In this document: one piece after another, positions 27,991-41,960 of the stretch
Layout: each line of letters opens with the position of its first letter
Position numbering within the stretch: position 1 is the stretch's first letter
From: Camelus ferus
Taxonomy: Eukaryota
DNA length: 64,000 bases
Direction of reading: 5' to 3'
Assembly (NCBI RefSeq): GCF_009834535.1
Contig: NC_045697.1
Coordinates: 45,758,001-45,822,000, forward strand
Notes under the pieces: model-generated
Told to the model about the DNA's origin: nothing
The model's input: the letters and a program-made list of their open reading frames with translations, nothing else
Databases searched by the model: none
Made by a program: the position numbers and the translations under genes

Positions 27991-30574
27991 TCTATAACCT
28001 GATTCACATTCTGTATCCTTACTATTTAGAACATACAAGATAGCAATAATTGAAGAATCATTTTAGAGACCAGGTGACAAAGCTTGCAGACTTACTGTAC
28101 TTTCACAGATCATGTGCTGCTTTCTCTGTTTTTCTCTCTCTTATCTTGGCATTTGACTGTCCTTTGTCACTTTTGACTGCTATCAGGAATGCTCTTCCCT
28201 CACATGGTGTGGTAAGACCACACTATTCTTCATAAATCCAGCTTCTTCTCTTTCCTATATGTCCACTGAACAAATGACTCATTTGAAATTAGTGTATTTA
28301 AGACACAGTGAATCAAACTTTTATTCTATAATTTTTAAAATTCTACATATATGAGGCTTTTGTCAGTTGATGCCCAAGGCATCTTTGTAGCATTAAAGAT
28401 GTGGTCTGCATTGGTTGATTTCTGATACAGTCAACTCTAGCTTTATGAGAGGAGAGGATCATTTGAGGATGTGATGGTGGGGAATAAGACAAACAATATT
28501 TATACTGATGCTCACATCCATTTGGGTCACATTATTATTCTGAAAAACAGCATGTAGATGAACTGAGTACAGCTTGCCCCATCTGGGTAGCAAAGGTATC
28601 TGCCAAGGATGGCAATTGGACCTCACTGCATGTGAGGAAGCTGTCCCTGGAATAAGGTAAGTGGGAAGAAACTAGGTGGTTAAAAGAAAAAAGGAAAAGA
28701 AAAAAAAAAAAAAGAAAACAAAATAAGGAGGCTCTAGAAGTCCATGCATTATCACTAGACCTAACCAGTAAGAGACGCTAATGGGATCAATTTTCTAATA
28801 TATCTAAGATTCTCCAGACTAGCTCACACTGCCTAATAGTTAACAACACATCAAAATTTACCAGAATGAATGATAAAGTGTGGATGTGCTATATATATTA
28901 TTATAATATTATCCTGTGCCCAAATAAGAAACCCATGTGCACATTTGTATTAACTTGGCTTTCATCATATTTAAGTGTATACTTAGTCTGTTTTAATGAT
29001 GCTACTGTGAGGCATTTCCAAATACTACAGAATGTACAGAGCTTGACAGCAAGCCTTAATGGTCTGGTAACCACTGGAATAATGTTGGCCCCCAAATCTG
29101 GCACCTGCATCTAAAAAAAGGTCAAGTTACAGAGACTCATCCAAGCTATGCAAATGAGCTTTTTGTTTCTACTTTGGACTGTAAAGCGTATAATGCATGT
29201 GTTCTGAACAATTAAATTATAGTAATTTTTTTAGTTTATTTTAAAAACTGTCAAATTCAAGACACAAGCAAAGCAAACAATTTCAACTAAATACATGTTG
29301 CAGATAATCTGAGATTTCTTAAAAATAGTAAACATGTTTTCTACACACAGTTGACATTTATAAATAAATACAATGATTTCTAATGAAAGTTGTAACTTTT
29401 AAAAGAGCTACTAGCAAGTTAGAATTCAAGATGTCAGTTAAACATCAATTATTCTGGCAAGCAATAATTAAATTCACAAACGCTATGTAGATACTGGCAA
29501 TTCTTTCACACATCCGTTACTATAAATTACAATGAAATTTAAATATTCAGAGTGTTTGGCAAGTCATCTGCTTTGAAGCTATGTTGGTAGATAATCAAAG
29601 CTGAGAGCAGCAGATAGATATATACTGTTCTTTCCTACTGAGAAAACATAACCATATAGATAACTACTGCTGACCAGCATCTGGCCTTCCAAAATAAGAA
29701 TAAAAAACAGACTCCTCCACTCCTAGTCAGGTGGCATGAGTGCTGAGCTTTTTGCTTTTCATTAGAATCTGCAGGCAAAGAGCTGGAGAGCGCCTGTCTT
29801 GTGAGACGTATGTATTGACCTCAAAGGGTGAAATGCAGGGCACTATTTATTCAGGTGAAAAAATACAAAGCTTTGCGTGTTGTTTAGCAGTGATCAAACA
29901 AAGAAGATTCCAAGGAATGTACTCCATGTGTGACTTTCAGAACTCAACTGTTGTATTTCCAATATTAAGTGGTGAGGCAGAAACACCATCATTGTTAGGG
30001 CGGTGACGTTTTTATTCATAATAAACTTCCAAATGAAAGGATTCTATAATTTTTAGGTATAAACAATTGAGAAATGAATAAATTTAGCTCTATGATTAAA
30101 TTTAGCTGTTTATGACAGCTTTAAGGGCATTAATCTGCTGAGATGAATGAATGATTTCTACAAATTATTATCATTGCAAAGTTTGGAAGCTAATATTCTA
30201 CATTTTGGATAGCCTTTAGATGACTAAAAACGGTCACCATATTCTATCATGTAAATCTGATCAGGATGTCATCATCAAATTATTTACAAAGCACTCATTA
30301 CATACTTGCTAGGTGATGGGTGTAAGACTCAAAACCTGATCTCAAAGAATTTACAACTGTGCTGCCCCATCTCAGGATAAATCCCTCCTCTGTGTATCTT
30401 TAAAGCTTTCTGCAACAGCAGGCTATTAGTTTTATCTTCCGTGAGTCTCAGTTTTCTTACTTATAAAATGAGGATATTAAGATAGATCACTTACAAAGCT
30501 ACCTTTAGGTATGAAAATTCTGAGATTCCACAATAACTAATTTCAAGAATTCTGAGGCTGAAGAGATCATGGGT

Positions 30575-30960
30575 GATAGAGCTGGAGTCTGAGATAAGAA
30601 TGTGAAATATGGAGCTTTAATAAATAGATAGGAGGGAGGAGCACATTCCAGGGAATTGGAATTGGGCGAGCACAGATTAGAGGAGAGTTGACATAATAGT
30701 TTCAGAAGTCCAGTGATGGGATAGGCTTGCTCAAGTGGAGACACATGGGAGGGTAGCAGGAGAGAAAGTCAACTGGTAAGTTTGGCCAGGTGGCATAATG
30801 ACTTGATTATCCAGCTGGGGCTTCAGGATTTATTATAGAGGCAAGAGCATTTTCTAAGGAGAAGGGGCAACTTTTGTAAAACATACTTTATAGAGATTTA
30901 TGAAACTGATATGTACGGGTGTATTAGAGGTGATAAGTCCAATTAGGAAGCTACAAGGAT
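30575..30960 (-). mobile_element. L2 relic
   Basis: Purine-rich antisense L2 text (gagcacattccaggga...ggatttattatagaggcaag...aattaggaagcta). Confidence 0.5.
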
Positions 30961-30987
30961 ACAGGAACAGGTATATAAGGAACATAC

Positions 30988-31002
30988 CTCAGGGGGTTTC
31001 AG
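30988..31002 (-). CDS. Candidate 15-nt microexon (LKPPE) of an unidentified minus-strand gene
   Basis: Minus strand reads tataac-atttctgtttttccctttgctcttccag|CTGAAACCCCCTGAG|gtatgt: strong polypyrimidine tract, UGC near the acceptor and a good donor. Only phase 0 is stop-free. Confidence 0.3.
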
Positions 31003-33339
31003 CTGGAAGAGCAAAGGGAAAAACAGAAATGTTATACCACTGCACATGGTCCCCAAATCACTGCACTATAGGGTGGAGGTCAGTTTTACACCCATCTTTG
31101 GAGGAAACCAGTCTGTATTTTCATTTTGCAGGGTAGACACTTCACATCACAGTAGAAATCTAGGCTCAGGAAAGGCCATATCCTGTTTAAGTGCCAAAGA
31201 TACGAACAATAATTATATTCTCTGGAAACCTCGCTCCTCAGAATTAAGAATGGCATCTGTGTGCTGCCACTGCCACTGTGAGCCCTGCTGTTGCTCAACT
31301 GCAGTAAAACACACATGAACTACAACAGGGCCAGCAAGGTGACAAAAGTTTTCTTTACATAGATTTATATGACCATAATTAACTAAAAAATTTCTTTGCT
31401 CTAACAATTTTTTTAGGAAGAGAATAATGTTTGCAATGAAAATAAAAGGATTTTTATAACATTATCTCAAAGGAACGAGAAGGAAGTACAAAAAAGCCAG
31501 AGAGGCATATGATCAACGAGAGAGCAGAAGGCTGCAGAATGTGGATTTCACTAGATAGGTCAACAATCTAAAAAGTTCTCTTAGGGGTTGATTCCAATAG
31601 CACTCAAATAAAATCTTCATCAACGTTCTCATGGATTTATTTAATCCTCAATATGTACGCTATACTTGGTTGGTGCAGTGCAAATCTGCAATTAAATTGT
31701 GAAAACAGTTCTTAGCATGTTACCTCTGGAGTCTTTTTTCCTAACTTAGTTCTCACAAGAAGATGAAAAATATTAAGAACCCGAATCCCTCAGTATTCCT
31801 TGTGCCAGATACACTATGTAGATCCCATGGCAGGCATATTTAATGAGGGAGTCAATTGCTGCCTCAGTTCTAATTTGGCCTTTCCCAGTGTCCAATATGT
31901 TTCTCTCAAATGAACTGGTCCACGGGGAGCTTCAAAAAGTCAGGGTGTATGAAGAGAAGGAACAGGAAAAATTTCAGCATTATGACAGTTTTCTGCAAGC
32001 TTTATTTTTTACAAAGTTATGTTAATTGATTTCTATGGTTTAAATTAACCAGAGCACAGGCAGCTTAATTAATCAAAAAATTCCCCTTAATATCAACCTA
32101 CACACATGCTACCATCCCACTGTGGAGTAACATATTTCTGCATTGTCCTACATATGGTCCAAATTAGCACCTGCATAGTTCAGTTATTAAATGAAAAACA
32201 GTCCCTTACTTGACCTACGGAGTTCTTGTATACAAGAACCTATCCAACAGCATTATGTCTTCCCTTATCAGATGTGTGTGGTATGACATAATGAATGTAA
32301 CACTTCAGTGCAATTGGCAAGATTTCAATTCCCAAGCACGGGGTCACATTTCCCTGCTCATTGTTTTGAAAGCAGACATTATGCATTGGGTAGCTAATAG
32401 TGAAGCTCTGGCGTTTTCCCCCTCAGAGATCTCAAACCAAATCTAAGAAACTAGTAAGCTAAATTTAATAACAGTCTGAAAATTCATTTGCTGAATAAGA
32501 GCTTCTTAGAATAAATGATGAAAACTCCAGAGACAAGTTAGGTGAATGTGTAAGGCCAGCCCCAAAGTCTCTTTTATCTGAAAATTTTAAAGGACAATAG
32601 CATTGCATAGACTATTTGATTCTCGCTTTGTGAGTAAGTTTCCTATTTTTGTTGCCTTGATAAAGCAACATCCAGGCCCAAATTTTAAATACTTTCCTAA
32701 TGTATTTCAAATTATGTATAACTACACAAATAATATATATCAATATCACTGTATTGCTCATATGAACTTTAATACTTTTACCATTTCTATCTATTTTTAA
32801 CATTTTTTTCTGAGACTTTTTTGGGACAACCATAATATACACATATGTCTGAAGTGCCTAGGCTTCAATGGAAGAGAAACAGAGTTTTGAGACTGTGTGA
32901 ATAGCCATAATAGAATATACAGAAAGATGTACAATTACACAGAAAAAGAGAAATGTGAAGGTGACTGTAATAAGAGTTTTTAATGATGTCAAAGACTAGT
33001 AGTCGTGGCAAAGAGAGGCTAAGCCTTATCCACTGGGTAGAGAACAAGAACAATGGAATTCATTTGGGACAGAAGAGGTCTAGTTTAGATAAAATTAATT
33101 ACTTCCTGATTCTAAAGAACTAAACCAGCATGTAATAGTTAGAAAGATTAGAAAAATAGATAACTTAGGGTAAATGACAGAAATAAAACAGAAGAGTCTT
33201 ATGATGCCCCGGACAACAAACAATGGTCATTCATACCTGGAAGCTTACACTCTGATTCACCAGTTATAGAACAGAAAAGATATAACTAATCTGGCAAAGA
33301 ATCGGAAATGGACAGCTGCAATTAGCAAGGATGGCATGT

Positions 33340-33540
33340 AGCTCTCGTACAAAACTATATTTGAAATGACTGGGACTCCAGTTTAGAAAGTGAAATCGAA
33401 AAATAGAAATGATTAAAGTCTATGAAACCCTGAAACTTACAAAAATGGACTTGTCTGTCAAATATTAAGATACTAGAACTAATGTGTACTCCTTGACACT
33501 CAAAGAAAGACATCTTATGATGCAGAAAAGAAAATGTACT
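33340..33540 (+). mobile_element. CR1/L3 LINE 3' ORF relic
   Basis: gattaaagtctatgaaaccctgaa...gatactagaactaatgtgtactccttgac resembles the CR1 C-terminal 'TRGHSLKL' region. Confidence 0.35.
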
Positions 33541-34249
33541 AGACTTCCATGATAGCACAAAAACTTTTTAAATATTTATTGAGCATCTGCTATGAATAAA
33601 GCACTGTGTAAATAGTATGTACTCAATAAATATCTCATAAACTGTGTGCTATTCCTATTTTTCAAAACTAAAATTATTTTTAAAAGTTCTAAAATACTTA
33701 TTTTAGGCAGTTGAGTAGTAAACGTATGGAACTCATTAACTTTAACAGTTAAGCTAAAAATATAAATATGGTCAAGAGATATTTCATTTAATTCAATGTG
33801 GATTGATCCATATTAGGTTAGTTAAAAGAAAGTAGAGATTTTTCAGGTATACCTTTAGGTTTTATGTTATAAAATAAATATCAGTCTCCTCTATTAAACA
33901 TCTTTTGGTAATGATACAGTAAAAAAAATACTGTATTCAATGATCAAAGGGAACTTCTGTAGGACTTTGGACTTTATGAAAATTTAGACATCAGGGACTA
34001 TGATTTTGTTACTAAGAAGCATGAGGACCTATAGATATTTATGAATTTAATGATATAATTATTAATGTATTGGTATGGAGGGGAATGTAGTGGGAGACCC
34101 CTGGAGATATCTTCACCCTTGTGATGCTATAAATAATAGTCTATAGATGCTTCATATTTACATGGTATTCTTCCCATCACCATCACCACATCAGCCCATA
34201 AAATGGCAAATTCATTCTCATATTATACTTGAGATAGAGGTGTTATACT

Positions 34250-34600
34250 AGAGAAGGAGAAAGAATTTGACAAAATCTGCAGACAAGATTTTTAAAAGTG
34301 GGCTGAATGAGAGTTAATTCGCAACCTGTAACTCAGCATCCCTCACAGAATGCTGAAGGATGAACATACGATACAACATAAGGAGGGAGTGCTACCTGGC
34401 AGAAGACCTCAGGGCTCTGTTCTTGGTACCATTCTGTTCGACCTCTTTATCAAACTGGGATGATGACAGGGAAGGTTTTATCCACTGGCAGCCTTTAAGA
34501 GCTAGGAGAAAGAGGTGGGATGGCAGAAACAAGACTGGAAGGATCTCAATGGGCCAGAAGTGACATGGTAAAACTTGAAAAATGAAACTAAGCAATACGC
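34250..34600 (+). mobile_element. CR1/L3 LINE reverse-transcriptase relic
   Basis: Translation from 34407 gives PQGSVLGTILFDLFIK, matching the CR1/L3 RT motif PQGSVLGP.LFNIFIN. Confidence 0.65.
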
Positions 34601-34994
34601 AGAAAATGCTGCCTTGGTGGGAAAGATCTAGCCTAAAAGCACTGAAAAAGTGACCTCTGAGAAAGGGGCTTCACTTTCTAAGTCTCAGTTCTCTCATCTA
34701 TGTAATGGAGGCAACAGCAAGGCCTTACAAATAGTAAATGTGCTATGCGTATAAAATGCACAGCTTAGTACTTGATAAATTTTAGCTACTGTTCTTATTA
34801 AATATGTCATAGAGGATAACTGGAATCTGCCAAGTACTTCACTGTGACTCCATGGCAAACTATCAAAATAAAACACAATGACAAATGTCATGTGCTGTTC
34901 AACAGAACGCACTGCTGCTCTTCCAATCATTAAAACTGTATCACTTTTAAGAATATAGAATGTTAGTAACAGTTCAGATCTTTTAAGATAAAAG

Positions 34995-35245
34995 AGTTGG
35001 GCACAGTTTTGAGAGGGGAAACGTGGACTTGGAAATGAGACTGACCAGCTCTGTCACTAGCTCGAAGTGTGGTTGGGGACATGTTACTTTGGTCCCTGTG
35101 CTTCAGCTTCTCATCTATAAAATGGGAATGGTAAGAATAGCTAAATCATGGGGTTGTTGGGAGGGAGGATTCCAGAGATAAAATGGGCAAAGCTCTTAGC
35201 ACAAGTCTGGCTAATGGGGAATGCTCAAAAAACATTAGTAATAGA
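34995..35245 (+). mobile_element. MIR SINE
   Basis: ccagctctgtcactagct...ctgtgcttcagcttctcatctataaaatgggaatg...gggttgttgg...gctcttagcaca. Confidence 0.7.
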
Positions 35246-38200
35246 TATCATTAATATATCCTCTAAATTAAACAATTCAAACTGACAGAGAATTAAAAGG
35301 CCTTTGGCAATAACTTATGTATTCACAATAAGTCTTGGTTTTAAACACAAAGAAACCAGAGACAAGAGAGAAAATATGTATTTTACAAAGTAATTTAACA
35401 AAGTCAAACTTTCATTATCTAAAAGATAGGTAATTGGAATGATTCACTCCAACACTTATAGCCCATATTGAATATTCTATTGGCAAGAATTGAATTAGTT
35501 CCACATTTTGACCATCTGTCTTATTATTAATAACACTTACTATTAATTAAGAATTTACTTAATGTAAAATCATATACTGGAGGGCTTCATTTGATACTCA
35601 TTAAAACCAACTTCATTTCAGGGCTGGTCTCCAGAAAACTGGAAAGAAAGCAGTTCTCCCGAACTGAGTTTCCCCCATACTTAGTCTTCTGCTAATCCCT
35701 TCTAGTCTACAATGTTCTCTTTTATCTTTTTTTCACTTTTATTTGAAATTAACAATTTTAACCGTTGTTAATATCTGATAAGGCTGGATTATTTGATTGT
35801 CTCATGCATACTTACTTTAACTAAGAACTGAAATCTTAAAACATGAGACTGAATCTATCAACCTGTCTCTGATTAGTTCTCCAAAAATCATCTCACCTGC
35901 ATCATTTACAACTCTATCTACATGGTTTATTTACCAGAGACATGAAGAGATAGTAAGAGGGAATCAAACCCAGAGCATTTGCAAGGGCAAGTGGAGATAT
36001 TCATTTCTTAAGCTCACTAATCAAAGTAAAATAAAATAAAATAAAAATGTAACCAAGAAATTTGAGAGTGTTTTAAGGATCTTGAGGCTATAGCACTTTG
36101 TAAGTGATGACACTTCTTTCCCATAATTTTCAGGAAGTTGAGCAGAAAAACTTGTTCAACAGATGGTGTGTATTTAAAATCTCCAACCATCTTTCATATA
36201 TTTGGAGTAAACAAAGAACACTAACAGTTTGAAAATTACCTTCTTCAGACAGACAACTTGATCCTACTGTTAAAATACTATATTTTAAATTAAAATTGAA
36301 CCTATAGTTTCTGAGACTTTCATACTCACATTATTTAAAACTCAATTTTAAATAATGCGAGTATCTTTCAAATATTTCTCTGATGGCTACTAGAATGTGG
36401 GGAAGATGTTCAGAAAATAAGTCCCACTTCTTTTCTTCCTGCTTCCCAAAAAATGCCCCCGTAAATCAAATTTATGGAGTTGAATATAAAAAATTAAGCA
36501 TATTATAAGCACAATAATGAGACTTATAACTGGAGAATAAAAAATAAAACCTTCAAGAGTCAACCTGCTGCTTGTGATTTAAAGTGAAGGACCAATTGAT
36601 TAGATAGTTGTTACCCCCAAGGGTTGAAATGGTTTCTTCTTTGTTCTTTAATCTCCATTCTGAAAATGTTGCTCCTAAATAGGATTTTAAATAAAATTTT
36701 GCATCTGTTGCCTCAGAATCTGAATTAAAACTTGACAGTGTAGATACCAGTTGACAAGTGTTCCCACATTCTAAGGAGAGATGCTAGGCAGGCGGATTTA
36801 CTGAGGAGCTAGACAGATCCCTCTCTCCATCAAATGCTCTCTTTTCTCTTCCCTGCTAAAAGACAAACAGAGAGTTATGAAGAGAAAAATTTGTAGGATA
36901 CAGAGAGCTTTGTTTTGCTCTTTTCCCCTAGGATGGGTGACTGGAGTGGTATAAGGCAGTACAGCCAGGAGGCAGTAGTTGGCAGTGAGGCAGGATAAGA
37001 ATGCTTCCATTCTTGTGGGTCAAGCCTTCAGGTGGAAGGTTTGAGAACTTCCCTCTCCTCTTACTTATATTAGAAGACATCTTATTGGGACAAAAGGAAC
37101 TCAGCCCTCCAAATAAAAGGCAATATTACAGACTATGTGCTAGGCACTGTTCTAAGCACTTTATATGTCAAATTAGTGTAGCTAAGAGTGGAGGGTACAG
37201 TTCCAAGTTTACAAATGGGAAGTTCAGATATCTAGTAAATTTCCCAGTGTCACAGAGTTAGTTAATGCCCCATAATATTCTTCCTTAACTCTAATAGATT
37301 GTATGGTGGGAGAAAGAAACTGAACTGGTATTGCAAAGACATTAACTAAAAATTGCATCAATTATACTGAGACGCTGTATAGTGGGTATTGCCATGGTTG
37401 GAGTGGGCGAGGAGAGGTCCTCTGAATAGCCCAGTGGCATATTCCATGAGGGAGATCATCTTTTGGACATGACTCATAACCAAAAGAATTGGTTGAAACT
37501 GATGCTGAATATAACTGCACCAATCACAAAAGACCATTCTCCTCTCTTTCTCCAACATGAGGAACCAGATACAGAGGGAGACTGGTTCAAAAGAATATAA
37601 AATAAACCACAAAACAGATCACAGCTTCCTACACCAAATGTAAGGTGAGACCTTATCTGATAATAATAATTGCACATTAGACTAAAGGTTTGATTAAGAC
37701 TGGACTGGACTTTCAAAAACTGAAAGTGAAATTAAATTAACATAAGACTATTTTTAGTGGGAAAAAATCCCCAGAAAACTAAGCCTGTGATATGGTCCAG
37801 GGAAAAGGAAGGCAGATTCCACAGAACAAATCTGAAAGCAGTGGTTAGAGAAAAATAAAATTTACCTTTTTTGTATATCCCACTGAATTCAGCCCATTCA
37901 AAAGCTAATTGTTCCTTTTTCTCTTTCATATCTTTATTCTCCACCAGATCTTGAGGTTATGTTTCCAAGGCCTTCCCCAAAGTTCTGGAAACTTCTGGTG
38001 GTCTACTATTCTCCAGGTTCTAGAATTCCCAAGGGCTCCTTTCGTATTGGGTTACATGGATGCACGCATGACAATTAGCCCTTTGTCAGTTGGCACACAC
38101 CGAAATGTCTCCCACACAAAGCATTCATGAGCTTAGTTGACTTTACCGAGTACTTGGTAGTTACTGGTCAGGATAACATTATGCATTTTATATGTTTTGT

Positions 38201-38809
38201 CACCTGTTAATTTACCTTTGGCTAGTCCCATGCTACATTACATTCTCTTTCTAATTTCATCCTGTTTTTATGCTTTACTTTTCCCTTTCAACATTTCAGG
38301 AATAGCTCTCTCTTTTTCTCTGCTTCTATATCACTAGGTCCCTGGGCAACTGAAGAAGTGGGCAGCCCTAATTCTCACTCAGATGCCTTAATAGAAATGT
38401 CCTCTACTGCCCCACATTCCAGCATTCCAGGCCCAAACTTTCCAGTCCTACAGACTTCCCACCTCCTTTCCTTCACTGGCCTCTCATAAATGTTTGCCTC
38501 TGGTGCTAGCCCCTTGTGATTTTTCTTGTTTACCCAACTCACTCCTTTCTGCACACCTGGGTACAACTTGTCTTTCATCCTTTGTTAAATTTCCACCTCA
38601 TCAATCTCCTGATTGATGGAACATTAACAAACATATGCATGTACAGAATTCACAAGAGAGATTTCCCTCTGCCACAGGAAGGGATACACATAATAAACAT
38701 TCAATAGAGAGAAGAACTATTTTTCATAATCATAGTATTAACTAGGAGTAGATAGGGAAAGGAACTAAAACACTATCATGCAGAGTTTCCAAAGATTATA
38801 TTTTTCATA

Positions 38810-39000
38810 AAAATTTCAGAGTTGGAACACATTTTAGACATAATCCATTTTAATACTCTCAGTATAAGAACAAAGAAACTGAAGCCCGGGTAGAATAAAT
38901 CGCTTACTGATGACCCACATAGCTAGTTAGAGGTTGGAGCAGAATCTTTCAACTTCCAATGCTATTCCAGGGTTATTTCCATTACACAACACTGCCTTTC
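38810..39000 (-). mobile_element. MIR SINE
   Basis: gaaactgaagcccgg...gacccacatagctagttag...ttatttccattacacaacactgcc. Confidence 0.55.
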
Positions 39001-39109
39001 TTTGTATTCTAATGGTTCAGGCATTATTAATATCCCTAAATATGCAATATTCTTTTATTCTTATGGCCATTTGTGTGGCTGAGAAAGAGAGGACAAAAAA
39101 TATGGTTGA

Positions 39110-40630
39110 TAACTAAAATTCATCTGGAATCTCAAGGCACCCCAAATAGCCAAAACAACTCTGAAAAAGAACAAAGTTGGAGATCTCATATTTCCCGATT
39201 TCAAAACTTAATACAAAGTAATCAAACAGTTATGGTGCCAGCATAAAGAGAGACATACAGACCAACAGAATGGGAGAGCTCAGAAATAAACCCTCACATG
39301 TATGGTCGAAGATTTTCAACAAGGGTACCAAGTAATTCAATGGAGAAACAACAGTCTTTCAAATGGTGTTGAGAAAACTGGATATCCAAATGCAGAAGAA
39401 TGAAGTTAGACCCTTACCCTATAGCATAATCAAAAACTGAACTCAAAATGGATCAATGACCTAAACATAAGATCTGGAAATATAGAACTCTTAGAAGAAA
39501 GGGAGAAAAACTTCATGACACTGATTTTGGCAATGATTTCTTAGATAAGACACCAAAAGCATAGGCAAAAAAATGTAGATAAATTGGACTTTATCAAAAT
39601 TACAAACTTGCACATCAAAGGATGCTACCAACAGAGTGAAAAAGCAGTTCGTAAAACAGAAAATATTTTCAAATCATATATATGATAAGAGATTAATATC
39701 CATAATATATAAAAGAACTTCTATAGTTCAACAACAAAAATACAAACAACTCCTATTAACAAATAAGGCAAAGAACTTGTATAAACATTTTTCCAAGGAA
39801 AACATACAAATGGCCAATAAGCACATGAAAAGATGCTCAACATGCCTAATCATTAGGGCAATGTAAATCAAAACCACAAGGAGATACTACTTCATATCAA
39901 CCAAGATGACTACTATAAAAAAACAAAAACAAAAACAAAAACAAAAAATAAAAAGTGTCTTCAAGGATGTGGAGAAATTAGAGCATTGCTTGTGGGAAAT
40001 TTAAATGGTATAGCCCCTATGAAAAACAGTATAGCAGTTCCTCAAAAAGTGAAATATAGAACTGCCATATGATCCAGCAATTCCACTTCTGGGTATATGC
40101 CCCAGATAATTGAGAGCAAGGACTTGAACAGATATGTTGACACCCATATTCATAGCATATTCACAACAGCCAAAAGGTAGAAGCAACCCAAGTGCCCATT
40201 GACAGATGAATGGATAAACAAAATGTGGTATATCCATACAATGGAACATTACTCAGCTTTAACAAGGAATGGAACTCTGACCCATGTGACAACCTGGATG
40301 AACCTTAAAGACACCATGCTAAGTGAAGTAAGTAGTCACAAAATGATAAATAGCATGTGACTTTACTTACATGAGGTACCCAGAGTAGTCAAATGTATAG
40401 AGGTAGAAAGTAGAAGGTTGGTTCCCAGGGGTGGAGGCTAGTTATTGTGAAATGAGAAGTTTTGGTTTAATGGGTACAAAGTTTCTGTTCAGAAAGATGA
40501 AAAAGTCCTGGAGATGGATGGTATGAATAGCTGCTCAACCATATGAATGTACTTAATGCCATTAAACTGTATAAGTAAAAAAAGTAAGAAAGCAAATTTT
40601 ATGTTCCATGTATTTTACCACAATATAAAA
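39110..40630 (+). mobile_element. 5'-truncated L1 (L1MB-like): 3' part of ORF2 plus 3' UTR
   Basis: ctaaaattcatctggaa...gacatacagaccaacagaa...cacatgaaaagatgctcaaca...gatccagcaattccacttctgggtatat...gtcctggagatggatgg...gaatgtacttaatgcca...tattttaccacaat. Confidence 0.92.
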
Positions 40631-41409
40631 TGTTGGTCAACAATTACAGTTGTATCTCATTAATTCTTAATCAAAACTATTCATACATTCAAAATATTTA
40701 CATATTCAAGGTCCCAAAACCAAAAGCTAAAAGCTGCAAGGATACAAGGAAAAATATTAACTATTTCTTAAAGAAAATTACAAAATAGTAGGACAGAAAA
40801 AAATCATCATGTAAACAAAAGGATTCCAATGTATATAAAGTGATAAGAGAATTAACAGAATTTGAGTGATCTAGGAACACCATGACTACAAGAGGTTAGG
40901 AGCCTAAAAGGGAAGAAAATGCAGAATAAAGGTATGACCACAGGAAATTATGGTTTAGGCTTAAATAACCAAAGCAGTTCTGTTTGTCTGCAGTACAGAG
41001 TAACGGAAAGACAAATAGAAAATAAAAGTAGATGGAGTGATCTTGGAGAGTCACTGGACTATGCTGGACTATGGAAATTGAAAGCAACTCAGTCAGAAGA
41101 AATGTTCAACCACTCTCCATCCCCTGGGAACTTTGATGCTAGGGTCTCTACTTTAGCTGTCCAAAAAGAAAAATCAGATGGTACCATCAAGGTTTGACAG
41201 GAGATATGATGCTTGATGAGTGTGACGACTGCTTCTTCTTGCTTGGCTCTTCCCTGTTTGTTGGTGTCTATGTCACATGTAGAAACCTAGTTGCAAGAGA
41301 GTCTGGAAATATGTAATGTTATTTTCCAGATTCTAGAATATGAGAAGTTATAACAGAAGGGGGTTGGAATGGATGTTGAATGAGACACCCCGCTATAGGT
41401 ACTGAAAAA

Positions 41410-41960
41410 CTAAATTTGATAAGCGTTGAATATTGTGGGAGATGAGGTGAGAAGAAAGGTATTATCTTTAGGATGATTTCCATGTTCCTGGACTTTTCAA
41501 GTAGTGGTGAGGAAATACGGGGCTAGGATCAGGTTGGAACAGGGGAAAATGAAAAATGATAAGGTCTGTTTTGGATAAGCTGAGTTTAAAGTACCTGTAG
41601 AACAACTCAGTGAGGATTTCTAACAGCACTTGATGACATGATTCTGGAGTTCAGAGGTGAGAGCTGAGATAAGAAAGATCTGTGAGCCCTGGGTATGAGA
41701 TGAAAACTTGGGTGGCAGGGGAAGAAGTATCCAGGGTAGAGTAAGCTTCATGAGAAAGGAATATACAAACATGAATAAAACTCTGAGACATATTTAAGAG
41801 GCTAGCAGTGACATGAGACACTACTAGGAAAAAAAGGACCAGGTTGAGGGGTAGGAGGGAGAGTTTGCAAAAGGCAAAAAGCTTAAACATCTAATACTGT
41901 CAAATGCTACAAAAATAATTCAATCAAGTCTTAGAAGTGAGCAACAGATTTAGCCATGGT
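41410..41960 (-). mobile_element. L2 relic
   Basis: ggatgatttccatgttcctgg...gttttggataagctgagtttaaagtacctgtag...gtcaaatgct...gatttagc. Confidence 0.6.

Noticed and set aside
28551..28656. Plus-strand exon-like segment ending AAG|gtaagt
   Set aside because: The acceptor has a weak pyrimidine tract, the long frame ends in a stop just before the donor, and it is opposite to the inferred gene orientation.
32222..32239. Perfect 18-bp palindrome gttcttgtatacaagaac
   Set aside because: Roughly one such palindrome is expected by chance in 64 kb of AT-rich DNA, and there is no supporting context.
36802..36900. Strong minus-strand NAGNAG acceptor followed by QGREKRAFDGERDLSSSS
   Set aside because: Only a weak donor (TCA|gtaaat) follows, and the peptide is unrecognised.
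14720..39190. The 11.8-kb L1 ends near the ORF2 position where the 39.1-kb L1 begins, suggesting one element split by 24 kb
   Set aside because: They overlap by ~80 nt of consensus and look like subfamilies of different age. The intervening DNA is full of older MIR and L2 relics, so this is coincidence.
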